A stretch of DNA of 64,000 nucleotides, taken from an uncultured euryarchaeote. Lineage in GTDB: Archaea > Thermoplasmatota > Poseidoniia > Poseidoniales > Poseidoniaceae. Shown one piece after another: positions 19,662-29,956 of the stretch. The notes beneath the pieces are model-generated. The model was not told where the DNA came from and searched no databases. It saw only the letters and a list, made by a program, of their open reading frames with translations. The stretch is from positions 120,214 to 184,213 of the forward strand of contig CALBRH010000051.1 in the NCBI GenBank assembly GCA_937899865.1, in the 5' to 3' direction. Each line of letters begins with the position of its first letter. Within the stretch, counting starts at the first letter, position 1. Both the position numbers and the translations under genes were made by a program.

Positions 19662-22600
19662 ATGCGAGCATATAGCAAATCTGTTTTGATTGTGGTTCTT
19701 TTTTTGTTGTCATTAACTGTTCCTGTAATGTCTGTCAGTGCTCAGGGTGAATCTCCATCTCAAATAGAAGTTTTACATACTGCTATCAATCCAAATAATA
19801 ACAAAACTTACCACTTACTCAGTGAAGGATCTTGGTCAGATTCGGCAGAGGTTGCACGTGCATTAGATGGTTTTCTAACAACTGTTGATGATGCTGTAGA
19901 GAATCAATGGATTTTCGAAACCTTTGCTAATTACGATCAACAATCTAGGCATTTATGGATAGGTCTATCTGATTCAAATCAAGAAGGCGACTACCGTTGG
20001 CATGATGGCACACCTTTCCATTACAGGGACTGGGGACAAGATCAGCCTTCAGCGAGTGATGCGGAAAATTTTGTTCACATAGCTGGAACTAACATGGGCA
20101 ACATAATGCCTGGTACATGGAACGATTTAGATGATGACCCACAATACTTCCCAGTTTATGGTGTGGTTGAAGTTGGTGAAGCAGTAGACTATGCTCTACG
20201 ATTTGATGGTAATGATGACCAAATAATTATTGATGAAGACATTCCTTCTTTCACAGATAAAATTTCAATTACTGCTTCGATTAATTCACCAGATAACAGC
20301 GGAATACAATTTATAACTATGCTTGGTGATTATGGATGGGGACTTTACATTAACAATGGACTTGTTGCCTATGCAAGCGAGTATTCAATTTCTCGACATC
20401 CAACATCTAACACCAGTATAGTAGAAGATGTTTGGACCGAAATATCGGTAGAAATTGAAGAAGGGATAGGTGGACATTTCCTAATCGATGGAGAATTGGC
20501 TGGTGAAATTAGTGCTGAAGACGCTAAGATACCACAAGGCGACTTCGGTTCCAATGATTGTTTTCAATCTGGAGAAGATTGCGATGAATTGTACATAGGT
20601 AAGATGGGAGCAGGTTGTGACTGCAATTATTATCGGGGTATGATTGATTCTTTGTCAATAAATAATCAAGAACATTCACTAACTTGGGAATTCCTTGAAG
20701 GTGAAGGTCCAATCACAGAAGATGAAACTGGTAATTTCCAAGGTGAAATTGTAGGTGCTTCATGGGTAATGCCTGATGGGACAATTGTTGCCCAAGCAAT
20801 CCAGTTATTTTCTGATGAAGAAATATATGGTATAAGTGGCCAGAGAGGCGACCAATTACTATTTTTTGTTGAGATTGAGTCTTTGACCAAGAATCTATTT
20901 ATTGAGGCATTCTTTGAGTATAATGGTGAAGAATGGGGTGATTCTTCATTTGATGCATACTTTAGTCATGACGCCATACCGAATTCATGGGACTATGATG
21001 AAATTTATGACGATGTAACAGAATACATGTGGATGGATTGGTCGTGGCCTGATGAAGGTATTATGTGGATGGTAATTGTTCCAAGAACAGACATAGAAGA
21101 CCTTGCAATTTATACTTATATGGATATTGCAGATCCGCCCCCTTCGATAGATGAAATGACTGAATTAGTCAATGAAATACCTGTAACTGGTCAAAAAATA
21201 AACGCTGGTAGAGGTGCTCCTGATGAAGATAGAGTATTGTATTATTATGTCAATGTTACAGAAAATCTCTCAGCTTTAACTGTAAAAACATATGGTGGTA
21301 GCGGTAACATTGATTTGGCAATTTCCTCTCAAACTGTCCCTGACCCATTCAATTCTTTTTGGGGCTGGAATGAGCCTTGGTTTGAGGAATTTGACGACGT
21401 AGGTATTTTTGGTGAATTTGTTAATATTGATACTAAATCAGATTGGTCAATTGGTCCTGGAAATGAACACCAAGTAAATCTCTATGATGTTAAACCTGGA
21501 ATATACTACATAACCGCATACACCTATGGTAAGGCTAATGATTTTACTATAGTAGCATCTATGTCATTTGAACCTCAAAATATTGAGCCAGAAGATGCAA
21601 TTGAGTTAACTCCAGGCATACCATATGGCCCTCTAAGTGGCTATAATGGATTAAGTCAGTATTTCAAAATCAATGTTCCTGAAGCAACTGAAAGATTGGT
21701 TGTCGACCTTAATTCTGGTTTTGGTGAGGCATCTCTTTACATGAAATTATCAGACTCGCCAACAACTAATGACTACATGCACAAAAGCAACAGTCCTGGT
21801 TCTGGTGATAAAATAGGGTTTAATGATCCAACTCCAGGAATGTGGTATATCTTACTTGATACAGAAATGGTGTTTGGTGATGTTACAATAACTGCTTCCT
21901 TTGAAGATAGATATGTTTGGGAATATGATGGAAACCCAATTCAGTTATTCAATGGGGAAGAAATTTCAGGTATTGAGGCTCCAACTGGTGAGTCACTAAA
22001 TTTCTTTGTGGAATTAGAAAAACCAGGTGAATATTTAATGATACAAACCTATGGAGGTAATGGTGATTTAGTAATGACTGCTACTGGAAATTCTTTAGTA
22101 TTCGGTTTCGAGGATTTCTTTGATTTCTTTGAAGATGACAAGTCTTTTGACGAAGAAGGCAGACAAAGACCTGGTAACAATTTTGATAGTGAAGAAGTAA
22201 CACTTACTTCTGATGGATTCGGAACAGAACAAATGATTTACCTAGATCTACCTGCTAACGGAAGATTTGACATTTCTGTTGATGCACTAGAAGAAATCAG
22301 TGAAGTTACAATTGTGGCAAGTTGGGTTTACTCTGACTTCATAGAACCAATTGAAGAACCTCAAGATCCAATCGTTAGCCAAAACTGTCGAGATATTGCC
22401 GAAAACGAGATGACTAGTAAAGATAAAGATAGCAATGGCGTACTAAGTAAAACTGAATTTGAGTCAATCATATTAAATGACAATAAATTAGATTTTACAA
22501 AATCTGATATCAATGTTGATGGTGAAATTGAATTCTCTGAATTATTGCAGATTTCATGTTCATGTAATAATGAACTAGAATTGATATTTACTCAGTTATC

Positions 22601-23297
22601 ACCGGAAGATGATGAAGTTAGCATAGAGAAATTATCATCACAAGTATATGAAAATAAGTACAACTTCTTTGACATAGACAGTAATTCAAATTTAAGAATA
22701 TCACGTTCTGAAATCGACATCCTAATACTACTTTGTGACACAACCTTTGATGCATTTGATGGTGATGGTGATGGAGTTCCTGATGATGAAGATGCATTTC
22801 CAAATGATCCTGATGAAACCAAAGACACTGATGGAGATGGTGTTGGCGACAATGCCGACTTAGCCCCTTCAGTGTCTAATGATTTGATTTATTCAGCTGG
22901 AGCAATTCTAGCTATTGGATTGCTTGCCATGTTGGTTCTTGTATCAAGAAGTTCTAGAGGAGGTGATGTGAATTCAGCGTGGGAATCAGATAAGCAGTAC
23001 AATCTGGCTGAACAAATGCTTAACATGCAAGAGTCACCAATGGTTATGGAACAACAAATTGAGACACCACAAGACTCGTATGAAGTAGATAATGTCATGG
23101 ATAAAAGAGAAATTGTTGATAATAAAACAACCAATAGTGACAATCTTTTCGAACAATTACTTTCCCAACCTGAGTCGCCTCCAAATCAGTTACTTGGAAT
23201 GATTGATAGTAATGGTATTGAAGTGATTGAATTCCCAATGGGTTCAGGAAATATGTGGCAAAGAAGCAATCCTAATCAATCTTGGATCAAAAAATAA
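19662..23297 (+). CDS. Giant secreted/cell-surface protein with C-type lectin, PPC-like, EF-hand-like and D-rich Ca2+-binding repeat domains and a C-terminal TM helix
   Basis: The N-terminal signal peptide is followed by a C-type-lectin signature (WIGLSDSNQEGDYRWHDG..W). Several ~100-aa beta-rich modules follow (YYYVNVTEN..TYGGSGNIDL). EF-hand-like DxDxNG loops, a DGDGDGVPDDEDAFPNDPDETKDTDGDGVGDNAD repeat, a TM helix and a ~110-aa tail complete the protein. Confidence 0.7.
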   Translation: MRAYSKSVLIVVLFLLSLTVPVMSVSAQGESPSQIEVLHTAINPNNNKTYHLLSEGSWSDSAEVARALDGFLTTVDDAVENQWIFETFANYDQQSRHLWIGLSDSNQEGDYRWHDGTPFHYRDWGQDQPSASDAENFVHIAGTNMGNIMPGTWNDLDDDPQYFPVYGVVEVGEAVDYALRFDGNDDQIIIDEDIPSFTDKISITASINSPDNSGIQFITMLGDYGWGLYINNGLVAYASEYSISRHPTSNTSIVEDVWTEISVEIEEGIGGHFLIDGELAGEISAEDAKIPQGDFGSNDCFQSGEDCDELYIGKMGAGCDCNYYRGMIDSLSINNQEHSLTWEFLEGEGPITEDETGNFQGEIVGASWVMPDGTIVAQAIQLFSDEEIYGISGQRGDQLLFFVEIESLTKNLFIEAFFEYNGEEWGDSSFDAYFSHDAIPNSWDYDEIYDDVTEYMWMDWSWPDEGIMWMVIVPRTDIEDLAIYTYMDIADPPPSIDEMTELVNEIPVTGQKINAGRGAPDEDRVLYYYVNVTENLSALTVKTYGGSGNIDLAISSQTVPDPFNSFWGWNEPWFEEFDDVGIFGEFVNIDTKSDWSIGPGNEHQVNLYDVKPGIYYITAYTYGKANDFTIVASMSFEPQNIEPEDAIELTPGIPYGPLSGYNGLSQYFKINVPEATERLVVDLNSGFGEASLYMKLSDSPTTNDYMHKSNSPGSGDKIGFNDPTPGMWYILLDTEMVFGDVTITASFEDRYVWEYDGNPIQLFNGEEISGIEAPTGESLNFFVELEKPGEYLMIQTYGGNGDLVMTATGNSLVFGFEDFFDFFEDDKSFDEEGRQRPGNNFDSEEVTLTSDGFGTEQMIYLDLPANGRFDISVDALEEISEVTIVASWVYSDFIEPIEEPQDPIVSQNCRDIAENEMTSKDKDSNGVLSKTEFESIILNDNKLDFTKSDINVDGEIEFSELLQISCSCNNELELIFTQLSPEDDEVSIEKLSSQVYENKYNFFDIDSNSNLRISRSEIDILILLCDTTFDAFDGDGDGVPDDEDAFPNDPDETKDTDGDGVGDNADLAPSVSNDLIYSAGAILAIGLLAMLVLVSRSSRGGDVNSAWESDKQYNLAEQMLNMQESPMVMEQQIETPQDSYEVDNVMDKREIVDNKTTNSDNLFEQLLSQPESPPNQLLGMIDSNGIEVIEFPMGSGNMWQRSNPNQSWIKK

Positions 23298-24230
23298 TCA
23301 AGCAGATTTTTTCTTGGGTTGCATTATTCCTAAAGGTTTGAGAAGTCTTACAATATGTCTATGCAATTCAGGAAGGATTTCAAACATTATTAGAGCCATG
23401 AAGAACATAGCAAAAAGTGAGACAAATCTTGCTGCATAATTATGTCCAAATTCAAAAATACTCATGCCATAAAATGACCAAGTTGTGTAAGTTTGATGCA
23501 TCCAAATCAAGCCTACATTACGAAATACATTCAATATATGAATAACTGGGATAGTAAACAAAATCGCTCTTATTCTTCGACGCCAATCTAGATCTAAAAC
23601 TGCAATCGCTCCAATAAAAATCACCATAGATTGTAGTGCAGTACAAGCTAAAACGAAATTTATACCAATGAATGAACCATCAGCCATTACTAACTCTGTT
23701 TGAAATGGAAATTCACCAATGGTTTCTGAACTAAACCAACGATTACCATCCCAATTATCCCAAGTAACTTTGCCAGATGATGTTTCCACCCATGTTTCTC
23801 CAAGATGAATATCTCCAGTTCCTGAGATTCGATAAAACAAAGCAACTTGTGATGCAACAAACCAAATTGCCAAAACATTTAGCCAAGGTACGTGAGAAAT
23901 AAGTAAGTACGGTCCACCTGCATAAGCCATCGCACCACGCGCCCAATTCAAGGCTTTTCTTGCCCTCAAATCCAAGGTATTGGTTTCCCATCGAGCAATT
24001 CCGATAGTAAGTGGCAAAGCTGACAAACTCATTACTGTTAAAATTAAGTCGCCTTTTTCTTGATAATTCCATGAACCTAAAAAGAAGTAAACCCCTACAC
24101 ACAACCAGCCAATCTGTGCTATTCGGGCTGATTCTCTAGATCTCATATGCCAAGAAATTGCTAAAGAAACTAATCCAATTGCACCAATAATTGGAACTAC
24201 CGAATTTGCCTCCATGATGATTCCAATCAT
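23298..24230 (-). CDS. Archaeosortase/exosortase-family membrane protein
   Basis: It is an ~8-TM protein. The candidate active-site Cys lies in VLACTALQS and the conserved Arg in NVFRNVGLIW, about 37 residues downstream. This matches the exosortase/archaeosortase Cys...N..R spacing. Confidence 0.5.
   Translation of the reverse strand: MIGIIMEANSVVPIIGAIGLVSLAISWHMRSRESARIAQIGWLCVGVYFFLGSWNYQEKGDLILTVMSLSALPLTIGIARWETNTLDLRARKALNWARGAMAYAGGPYLLISHVPWLNVLAIWFVASQVALFYRISGTGDIHLGETWVETSSGKVTWDNWDGNRWFSSETIGEFPFQTELVMADGSFIGINFVLACTALQSMVIFIGAIAVLDLDWRRRIRAILFTIPVIHILNVFRNVGLIWMHQTYTTWSFYGMSIFEFGHNYAARFVSLFAMFFMALIMFEILPELHRHIVRLLKPLGIMQPKKKSA
23304..23318 (+). terminator. T-rich stretch (TTTTTTCTT) immediately after the surface-protein stop; candidate archaeal intrinsic terminator
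   Basis: A poly-T run lies ~10 nt downstream of the stop at 23297. Archaeal RNAP terminates at oligo-T tracts. The run overlaps the 3' end of the convergent archaeosortase gene. Confidence 0.3.
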
Positions 24231-24294
24231 TCGTTAGACTTCAAAACTTGCATAAGATGCAAAAAAACTTGAACAATTAGTATTACCGATACTC

Positions 24295-24966
24295 ATGGAG
24301 GGAGCGATTGTTGAAGTACTATCCACAAAGTTCCCAGCGAATATTGAGCCTAATGGTGCAATTGCATATCTTGACCGTGATGGAGTAATCAACATTGGCA
24401 GTTCAAATTATATCAATAGTCCTGATGAATTAAGACTCTTAGAAGGGGCAGCATTTTCTATTGGAGAATTAAAAAGACATGGCTATTATGTCTGTATAGT
24501 AACTAACCAATCTCCAATTTCACGTGGACTATGGGATGCAAAACAATTAGGTAAAATTCATCATCGTTTGCAGGAAATGTTGCTAAATATTGATGAAGAT
24601 GCTAATATTGATTTGATTATTACTTGTCCTCATCGGCATATTGACCGATGTAATTGTCGAAAACCAATGCCAGGAATGCTTTACTTAGGTCATTGCTATC
24701 TTAGAGATGGTTTATCACTTGACAAAGGAATGAATATAGATGTAAAAGTCCCAAATGAGGCAGTAAAAGTAAATTGGTGGAAAGATAAAATAATGCCGTT
24801 TAATCAATTAGATTTGATTGTTGGCGATAGAAAAAGTGATCTCGGTGCTGGATGGGCTAGGGGTATTAGATTGTATAAGGTAAATCCTGATATTGGATTA
24901 CACCAAGTGATTGAAAGATTAGTAAATTTCAAAGATGAAGGTGATTTTTTCCAACCAGTGCGGTGA
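24295..24966 (+). CDS. HAD-IIIA family phosphatase (GmhB / histidinol-phosphatase-like)
   Basis: It has the LDRDGVIN nucleophile motif and the Zn-binding C.H......C.CRKP.PGM segment typical of GmhB-like enzymes. Confidence 0.6.
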   Translation: MEGAIVEVLSTKFPANIEPNGAIAYLDRDGVINIGSSNYINSPDELRLLEGAAFSIGELKRHGYYVCIVTNQSPISRGLWDAKQLGKIHHRLQEMLLNIDEDANIDLIITCPHRHIDRCNCRKPMPGMLYLGHCYLRDGLSLDKGMNIDVKVPNEAVKVNWWKDKIMPFNQLDLIVGDRKSDLGAGWARGIRLYKVNPDIGLHQVIERLVNFKDEGDFFQPVR

Positions 24967-24970
24967 AAAT

Positions 24971-26158
24971 ATGGGATGGTTGGCATTAGATGATACTGAT
25001 CATTTAGGGGGCGGTTGTACAACATATACTCTATTTGAACTGATTCAAAACCTCCCTGATGAATATACGGCAAGTGAATTTAGATTGGTTAGGTTATACC
25101 CTTTTGCTCGACAAAGAACACGTGGTAATGCTGCTGTTGCCGTTAAGATTGATGGTGACAATTATGAAGTCTTACTGTCTTTTCTTGATTTGTGGTGGAA
25201 TGAAAACATATTACCACTAAAGGGCATGTTAACTCAATCTGATGATTATCACAGAAAGCAAAGCCCTACTGACCCAGGAATGGTGTGGTTTGAAGAACAG
25301 CCAAATGAAAGCACATATTGGGACTGTGTTACTAGAGAAGTAACTCTTGTGGAACTACCTGCTGCCACCAAATCATGGGGCGGCCATGGGAAGATAGGTG
25401 CAACTGCTGCAATCGCTTGGCCATCACGTGAGTATACTTTTGAGGCTATTAGTTGGCGAACAAAAAAATCTGTTGAAAAAAGTAGTGATAGGAAAGTTGA
25501 CCTTGTCAGATTAGCTGAGATCGATGAAGATCCCAATACCTTCATGTCAAGAGATTTGAGATCTAATTCTGTATTGATCTCACCAAGAGGAAACTGCCCA
25601 GTATTATTTGGTCTGAGAGCCAAAACCTTTGAATCTGCAAAAAATGGTTGCGAGTTTCTTATCGAATCAAATAATACAGAGTCTGTTGAAGGATATGTTG
25701 TATTTCAAACCAATCAAGCAACTGATGATCACTTAGGAGATGAAATGTCCTCAGTAGTAGACTCTATAGAAATTAAAAAACGTGGAACTGTAAAAATTCT
25801 ATGTGATAATGGTGATGAATTGATGGCATTCGCAGAATCAGGAGATGTGAAAATACTCGCACAATGGCTGAAATCTGGAGATGAGGTACAATACAACGGT
25901 ATGAAAAATGAAGATAACACAATTCATTTAGAACGTCTACAGGTTTTATCTGCAGCTCCAGAGAAGCACAGGCCAAAGTGTTCAGAATGTGATTCAACTT
26001 TGAAATCAATGGGCAAAGACCAATTATTGAGGTGCCCTAAATGTCGAAAAAGATTTGCTGACCAGTGGATAAATGTTGAGCGAATCCCACCATTTTCTAA
26101 ATGGGTTCAACCACCTAAAGATTCAATGAGACATCTTTCAAAACCTATTACTTGGTAA
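24971..26158 (+). CDS. tiaS: tRNA(Ile2) 2-agmatinylcytidine synthetase TiaS-like
   Basis: The N-terminal GWLALDDTDHLGGGCTTY matches the TiaS kinase-like domain. A C-terminal CxxC...CPKCR zinc ribbon is present. The ORF track starts at 24935; the Met at 24971 is preferred. Confidence 0.5.
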   Translation: MGWLALDDTDHLGGGCTTYTLFELIQNLPDEYTASEFRLVRLYPFARQRTRGNAAVAVKIDGDNYEVLLSFLDLWWNENILPLKGMLTQSDDYHRKQSPTDPGMVWFEEQPNESTYWDCVTREVTLVELPAATKSWGGHGKIGATAAIAWPSREYTFEAISWRTKKSVEKSSDRKVDLVRLAEIDEDPNTFMSRDLRSNSVLISPRGNCPVLFGLRAKTFESAKNGCEFLIESNNTESVEGYVVFQTNQATDDHLGDEMSSVVDSIEIKKRGTVKILCDNGDELMAFAESGDVKILAQWLKSGDEVQYNGMKNEDNTIHLERLQVLSAAPEKHRPKCSECDSTLKSMGKDQLLRCPKCRKRFADQWINVERIPPFSKWVQPPKDSMRHLSKPITW

Positions 26159-26212
26159 TGAGCTGTTGATTATCATGGATAATTAGAAAAGTATCAAGCA
26201 TTAGGCTTTAAC

Positions 26213-26458
26213 ATGGTTGATGATTCAACTACGAAGACTATTGCATACGCTATTTTTGCAATTTCTTTCTTAATCATGATTTATTTTATCATGCAACAAG
26301 CTCGGAAAAATAGATTGTCAACAATCGATCAACATGCTCCAAAAGTTGCCGGTCATGATGTATTAGCAGGTGGCGCAAAAAACCCTCAGCAATTTGATGA
26401 ACCAGATGATGATGCATTAGAAGAAATGGCTGAATTACTTGGAGAAGAGGACGATTAA
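26213..26458 (+). CDS. Small membrane protein with an acidic C-terminus
   Basis: It has a single N-terminal TM helix followed by a D/E-rich tail. Confidence 0.3.
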   Translation: MVDDSTTKTIAYAIFAISFLIMIYFIMQQARKNRLSTIDQHAPKVAGHDVLAGGAKNPQQFDEPDDDALEEMAELLGEEDD

Positions 26459-27048
26459 GTTACACACTCTAATCCACTATCTACTATTTTCAAAGTTGTA
26501 GAATTACTACCGATATTGAGGATTCTGTGATGGCCATTTGAGCTGCGGCAAAAAGTCCAAATTTCATAGCCTTCTTTGACAAAATGGTTTTCAGCACGTG
26601 CAAAAATCTCTCCAACTCGTTTACCACTTGCATCTACAGTTCCTTTGCTAATTAATAATAATCTGATTTCAGAACTGATTGAATGACTAAGACGGGATAT
26701 TAAATCAAGTTGGAATTTTGGTATTTTTCCGCTTGAATCACACCAATCATCCATTACAATCAATCTTACTGAAGGTAAGTTGTTGGCTGCAGAAATAATT
26801 GTTTCAATAGATTTATCCAAAGCACCGGTTATCATCATAGCGTGAAATCTGGAAGATGCTACAGGGGATATATGACTGAACAACTGTGGAAATCGTTCAG
26901 AATTAGGCATCTCCAAACCTATCCACAAAACTCTACCTCCATTATCAATTACATCTGCAGACATATGTAATCCAATAGTGGTACCACCGACACTACCTTC
27001 TATTGCTAAATGAATCCGATTCGAAGGTGTTTCAGGATGCCATCGCAT
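26455..27048 (-). CDS. RecA/KaiC-fold protein with a degenerate P-loop (likely a non-catalytic ATPase homolog)
   Basis: GSVGGTT sits in place of the Walker A GxxxxGK[ST]. A LIVMDD Walker-B-like strand is present. Overall length and hydrophobic periodicity resemble KaiC/RadB/FlaH-like proteins. Confidence 0.35.
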   Translation of the reverse strand: MRWHPETPSNRIHLAIEGSVGGTTIGLHMSADVIDNGGRVLWIGLEMPNSERFPQLFSHISPVASSRFHAMMITGALDKSIETIISAANNLPSVRLIVMDDWCDSSGKIPKFQLDLISRLSHSISSEIRLLLISKGTVDASGKRVGEIFARAENHFVKEGYEIWTFCRSSNGHHRILNIGSNSTTLKIVDSGLECVT

Positions 27049-27131
27049 AAACTTACTGAGTAGTCGATAGTGAATGACTATTTTGGTAATTCATAGTAAC
27101 ATTATTTGACCTATGAATATGACCACCATAC

Positions 27132-27374
27132 ATGGCTGAGGCTAAGAAAGGCAGTAAGAAGGATGTCGAATTCACTGTAAAAAAGGGTGAGAGAATACCT
27201 CGTAAACCATTAGGAGAGTATTCTGAAGCCAATAGTCTTGGAGAAGCTATTTCTAGAGATGGTTTCTTTGGCACCGCCATGGATGACAAAAATCAATATG
27301 GCCCAGTTTCAATGATGATTCTTTTATTGATTGTGGCCACAGTAACTGGAACTTTACTCAAAATTCTAAGTTAA
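27132..27374 (+). CDS. Small C-terminally anchored membrane protein
   Basis: The N-terminus is basic and the C-terminus is a TM helix. Confidence 0.3.
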   Translation: MAEAKKGSKKDVEFTVKKGERIPRKPLGEYSEANSLGEAISRDGFFGTAMDDKNQYGPVSMMILLLIVATVTGTLLKILS

Positions 27375-27808
27375 GTTTGCTCAATTTCCGATTCTATTGG
27401 AGCCATTGCAATCCTAATGAACAATACGGCTAGTATTGTGGATACAAGGAAAAATATCCCAACATAATTAGAAATGTTATACCACATCATCCCCAAACCA
27501 ACCAATGAAAGATAGGCTACTAATTGACAGACTGCAGATGCTCTGTTTAATCGATTTGTTATTTCATCACTTAATTTGCCATTGTTTTCTAGCATGTAAG
27601 TGTAAATCAAGAAGTAGATTCCTTGAAATGGCAGAGTTGCTGCTATAATTGAAAGAGCTATTTCCCTAATTTGTTTAGGATCTGATTCCTGTTCTATTCC
27701 CTGAAACAGCATCACTGCGGTATTTGTACCTAACAAAGCAGCCATTATTGTCCATCGCTTATCCTGTGATGAGGTTCTACTTTCAACATTCACAGATTTA
27801 TCGGACAT
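27371..27808 (-). CDS. Hypothetical membrane protein (4 TM)
   Basis: Only the hydrophobic helices support this call. Confidence 0.4.
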   Translation of the reverse strand: MSDKSVNVESRTSSQDKRWTIMAALLGTNTAVMLFQGIEQESDPKQIREIALSIIAATLPFQGIYFLIYTYMLENNGKLSDEITNRLNRASAVCQLVAYLSLVGLGMMWYNISNYVGIFFLVSTILAVLFIRIAMAPIESEIEQT

Positions 27809-27949
27809 AAGACAATTATCACGAAATAGGGTTTCAAATTTTTGTAGTTAGCATGAAAAATATTTGATTTTCAGAGGACTTATTTTGTTGCGGAATATGA
27901 TTGATTAACTAATCGAAATGTTATAGGAGGTTGTCCATAACCATTGTAC

Positions 27950-29299
27950 ATGGCCTTTTGCCCGCTAGATTACCGATATGGCTGTGAAGACTTCAAACAT
28001 ATATGGTCAGAACTTGGAAGACACGAAAGACAACTAGAGGTTGAAAGGGCATTAATTTGGGCTCATATGCAATTAGGTAAAGTCTCAAAAGAAGATTATG
28101 AAGCCGTTGCAGCAATAGCAAATTCAACATCAGTAACCAAAGAAAGAGTTTCTGAAATTGAGGCTGAAACCAAGCATGATATTATGGCTCTAACCAAAGC
28201 TATGGCCGAAGCAGCAGGAGATGCGGGTTGGTGTATTCACTTAGGTGCAACCTCAAATGACATTGTTGATACTGCTGTTGCTCTACAACTACGAGATAGT
28301 ATTGTTCTACTTAGGGAACAGTTGTGCTTATTGATCGGCGTTTGTGCTGATGTTGCAGAACGGGAAAGAGATACAGTAATGCTTGGCAGAACTCATGGAC
28401 AAGCAGCTGTTCCGATTACTTTTGGACTTAAAGCTGCGGTTTGGTTAGATGAATTACGTCGTCAACTAATTAGATTGGATGAAGCATCACCGAGAATTTC
28501 AGTAGGAAAATTTCTCGGTGCAGTCGGAACAGGTGCTGCTCAAGGAGTAAATGCAAGAGAATTACAACGCCTGATTATGACTCACTTAGGACTTGGAGTA
28601 CCACTTGCAACTACTCAAGTTGTTGGTCGAGATAGATACATAGAATATGTATCTTGGTTGGCAAATGTAGCAGCATCATGTGAAAAAATCTTGCAAGAGA
28701 TTCGTAATCTTCAACGTTCAGAAATCCAAGAGGCTGGGGAAGGTTTTGATATCAAAAAGCAAGTAGGTTCATCTACAATGGCGCACAAAAAGAATCCAAT
28801 CAAATCTGAAAATGCTTCGGGTTTAGCAAGAATTGTGAGATCGATGATTATTCCAACCTATGAAAATGCGTTATTATGGCATGAAAGAGACTTAGCAAAT
28901 TCTAGTAGTGAGAGATTCACTCTTTCTCATGGTTCGGCATTGTGCGAAGATGTTATCGTAAAAACTCGGCAAGTACTAAGCAACATGTGGGTTGATAGCG
29001 AAAGATGTCTTGAAAACATTAAATCACAACGAGGACTTGTAATGGCTGAAAAGGTAATGATAGAACTAGTTGAACACGGCATAGCAAGAGATGAAGCCCA
29101 TGAAATTCTTCGCTCAGCTTCCTTTGAGGCGGTTGACAAGAAGATTGAGTTAATCGATGTTTGTAGTAGAACACCAGAAATCGCTGCAGCCTTTTCTGCA
29201 GAAGAACTCGAAGCGATGTTTGATCCAATGAATCATATTGGCGTTTCTGGAGAAATCGTTGATGAAGCGGTTGAATTAGCCCGCTCAGCTATCAAGTGA
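27950..29299 (+). CDS. purB: Adenylosuccinate lyase
   Basis: It has the fumarate-lyase signature GSSTMAHKKNP and LGATSNDIVDTA. The ORF track begins at TTG 27944; the ATG at 27950 is preferred. Confidence 0.85.
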   Translation: MAFCPLDYRYGCEDFKHIWSELGRHERQLEVERALIWAHMQLGKVSKEDYEAVAAIANSTSVTKERVSEIEAETKHDIMALTKAMAEAAGDAGWCIHLGATSNDIVDTAVALQLRDSIVLLREQLCLLIGVCADVAERERDTVMLGRTHGQAAVPITFGLKAAVWLDELRRQLIRLDEASPRISVGKFLGAVGTGAAQGVNARELQRLIMTHLGLGVPLATTQVVGRDRYIEYVSWLANVAASCEKILQEIRNLQRSEIQEAGEGFDIKKQVGSSTMAHKKNPIKSENASGLARIVRSMIIPTYENALLWHERDLANSSSERFTLSHGSALCEDVIVKTRQVLSNMWVDSERCLENIKSQRGLVMAEKVMIELVEHGIARDEAHEILRSASFEAVDKKIELIDVCSRTPEIAAAFSAEELEAMFDPMNHIGVSGEIVDEAVELARSAIK

Positions 29300-29956
29300 T
29301 GTTGAAATTTTACTAATTTCCAGTTCGCCCCTTCTACCGTACCATTTGGGACTTCCTGTGATGTTGATTGAGCCATTAAAATGTGGACCTGATACGACTA
29401 GAGTTTCATATTCACCACCTTCTCCATCAACGTTAAACCGATAATTGTTTGATAATTCAATTAGAGATGTTAATGATTGTGAATCTAATATCTTGCCAAG
29501 CCAACTCTCATCAAGGCCATCACATGCAACACTAGTAATCATTACTCCAAATCCATTTTCAACCAAACCAGAAATGTGACTTAGAGCTGATTGATGCCAC
29601 AATGGAGTGTAACTAATTATGCCAAGCCTTTCACACATCCTCTCGATTCTACTTTTTTGATAATCAGAACGTAGTGCACCACATACTAGTGCATCGATAT
29701 TTAACTCTGACAGAGCATTTTCCAAATCAAGGATTTCAACTTCTTCATGACCCTGTGTTTTTACTGAAAGGCAAGGAATATCGGCTAATTTGGCTTGATA
29801 TTGAACTATCTCTGTACCTGGTACTTGAAACATCATTGAATCTCCACTAGTAACAATCATGGTAACTAATGCATCGATATCCCAACCTTTGCACATTGCC
29901 CACCACCATGCAGCGGCCGAATCTTTGCCTCCAGAAGACAATATAGCGACTCGCAT
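29285..29956 (-). CDS. Diphthine-ammonia ligase-like PP-loop ATPase (MJ0570/Dph6 family)
   Basis: It carries the SGGKDS PP-loop and the EGGEYET motif. Confidence 0.65.
   Translation of the reverse strand: MRVAILSSGGKDSAAAWWWAMCKGWDIDALVTMIVTSGDSMMFQVPGTEIVQYQAKLADIPCLSVKTQGHEEVEILDLENALSELNIDALVCGALRSDYQKSRIERMCERLGIISYTPLWHQSALSHISGLVENGFGVMITSVACDGLDESWLGKILDSQSLTSLIELSNNYRFNVDGEGGEYETLVVSGPHFNGSINITGSPKWYGRRGELEISKISTSLDS

Noticed and set aside
27926-27931. GGAGGT Shine-Dalgarno-like hexamer upstream of purB
   Set aside because: Spacing to the preferred ATG (27950) is ~18 nt, which is too long. It might serve the TTG at 27944, but the evidence is weak, so it is not listed as a feature.
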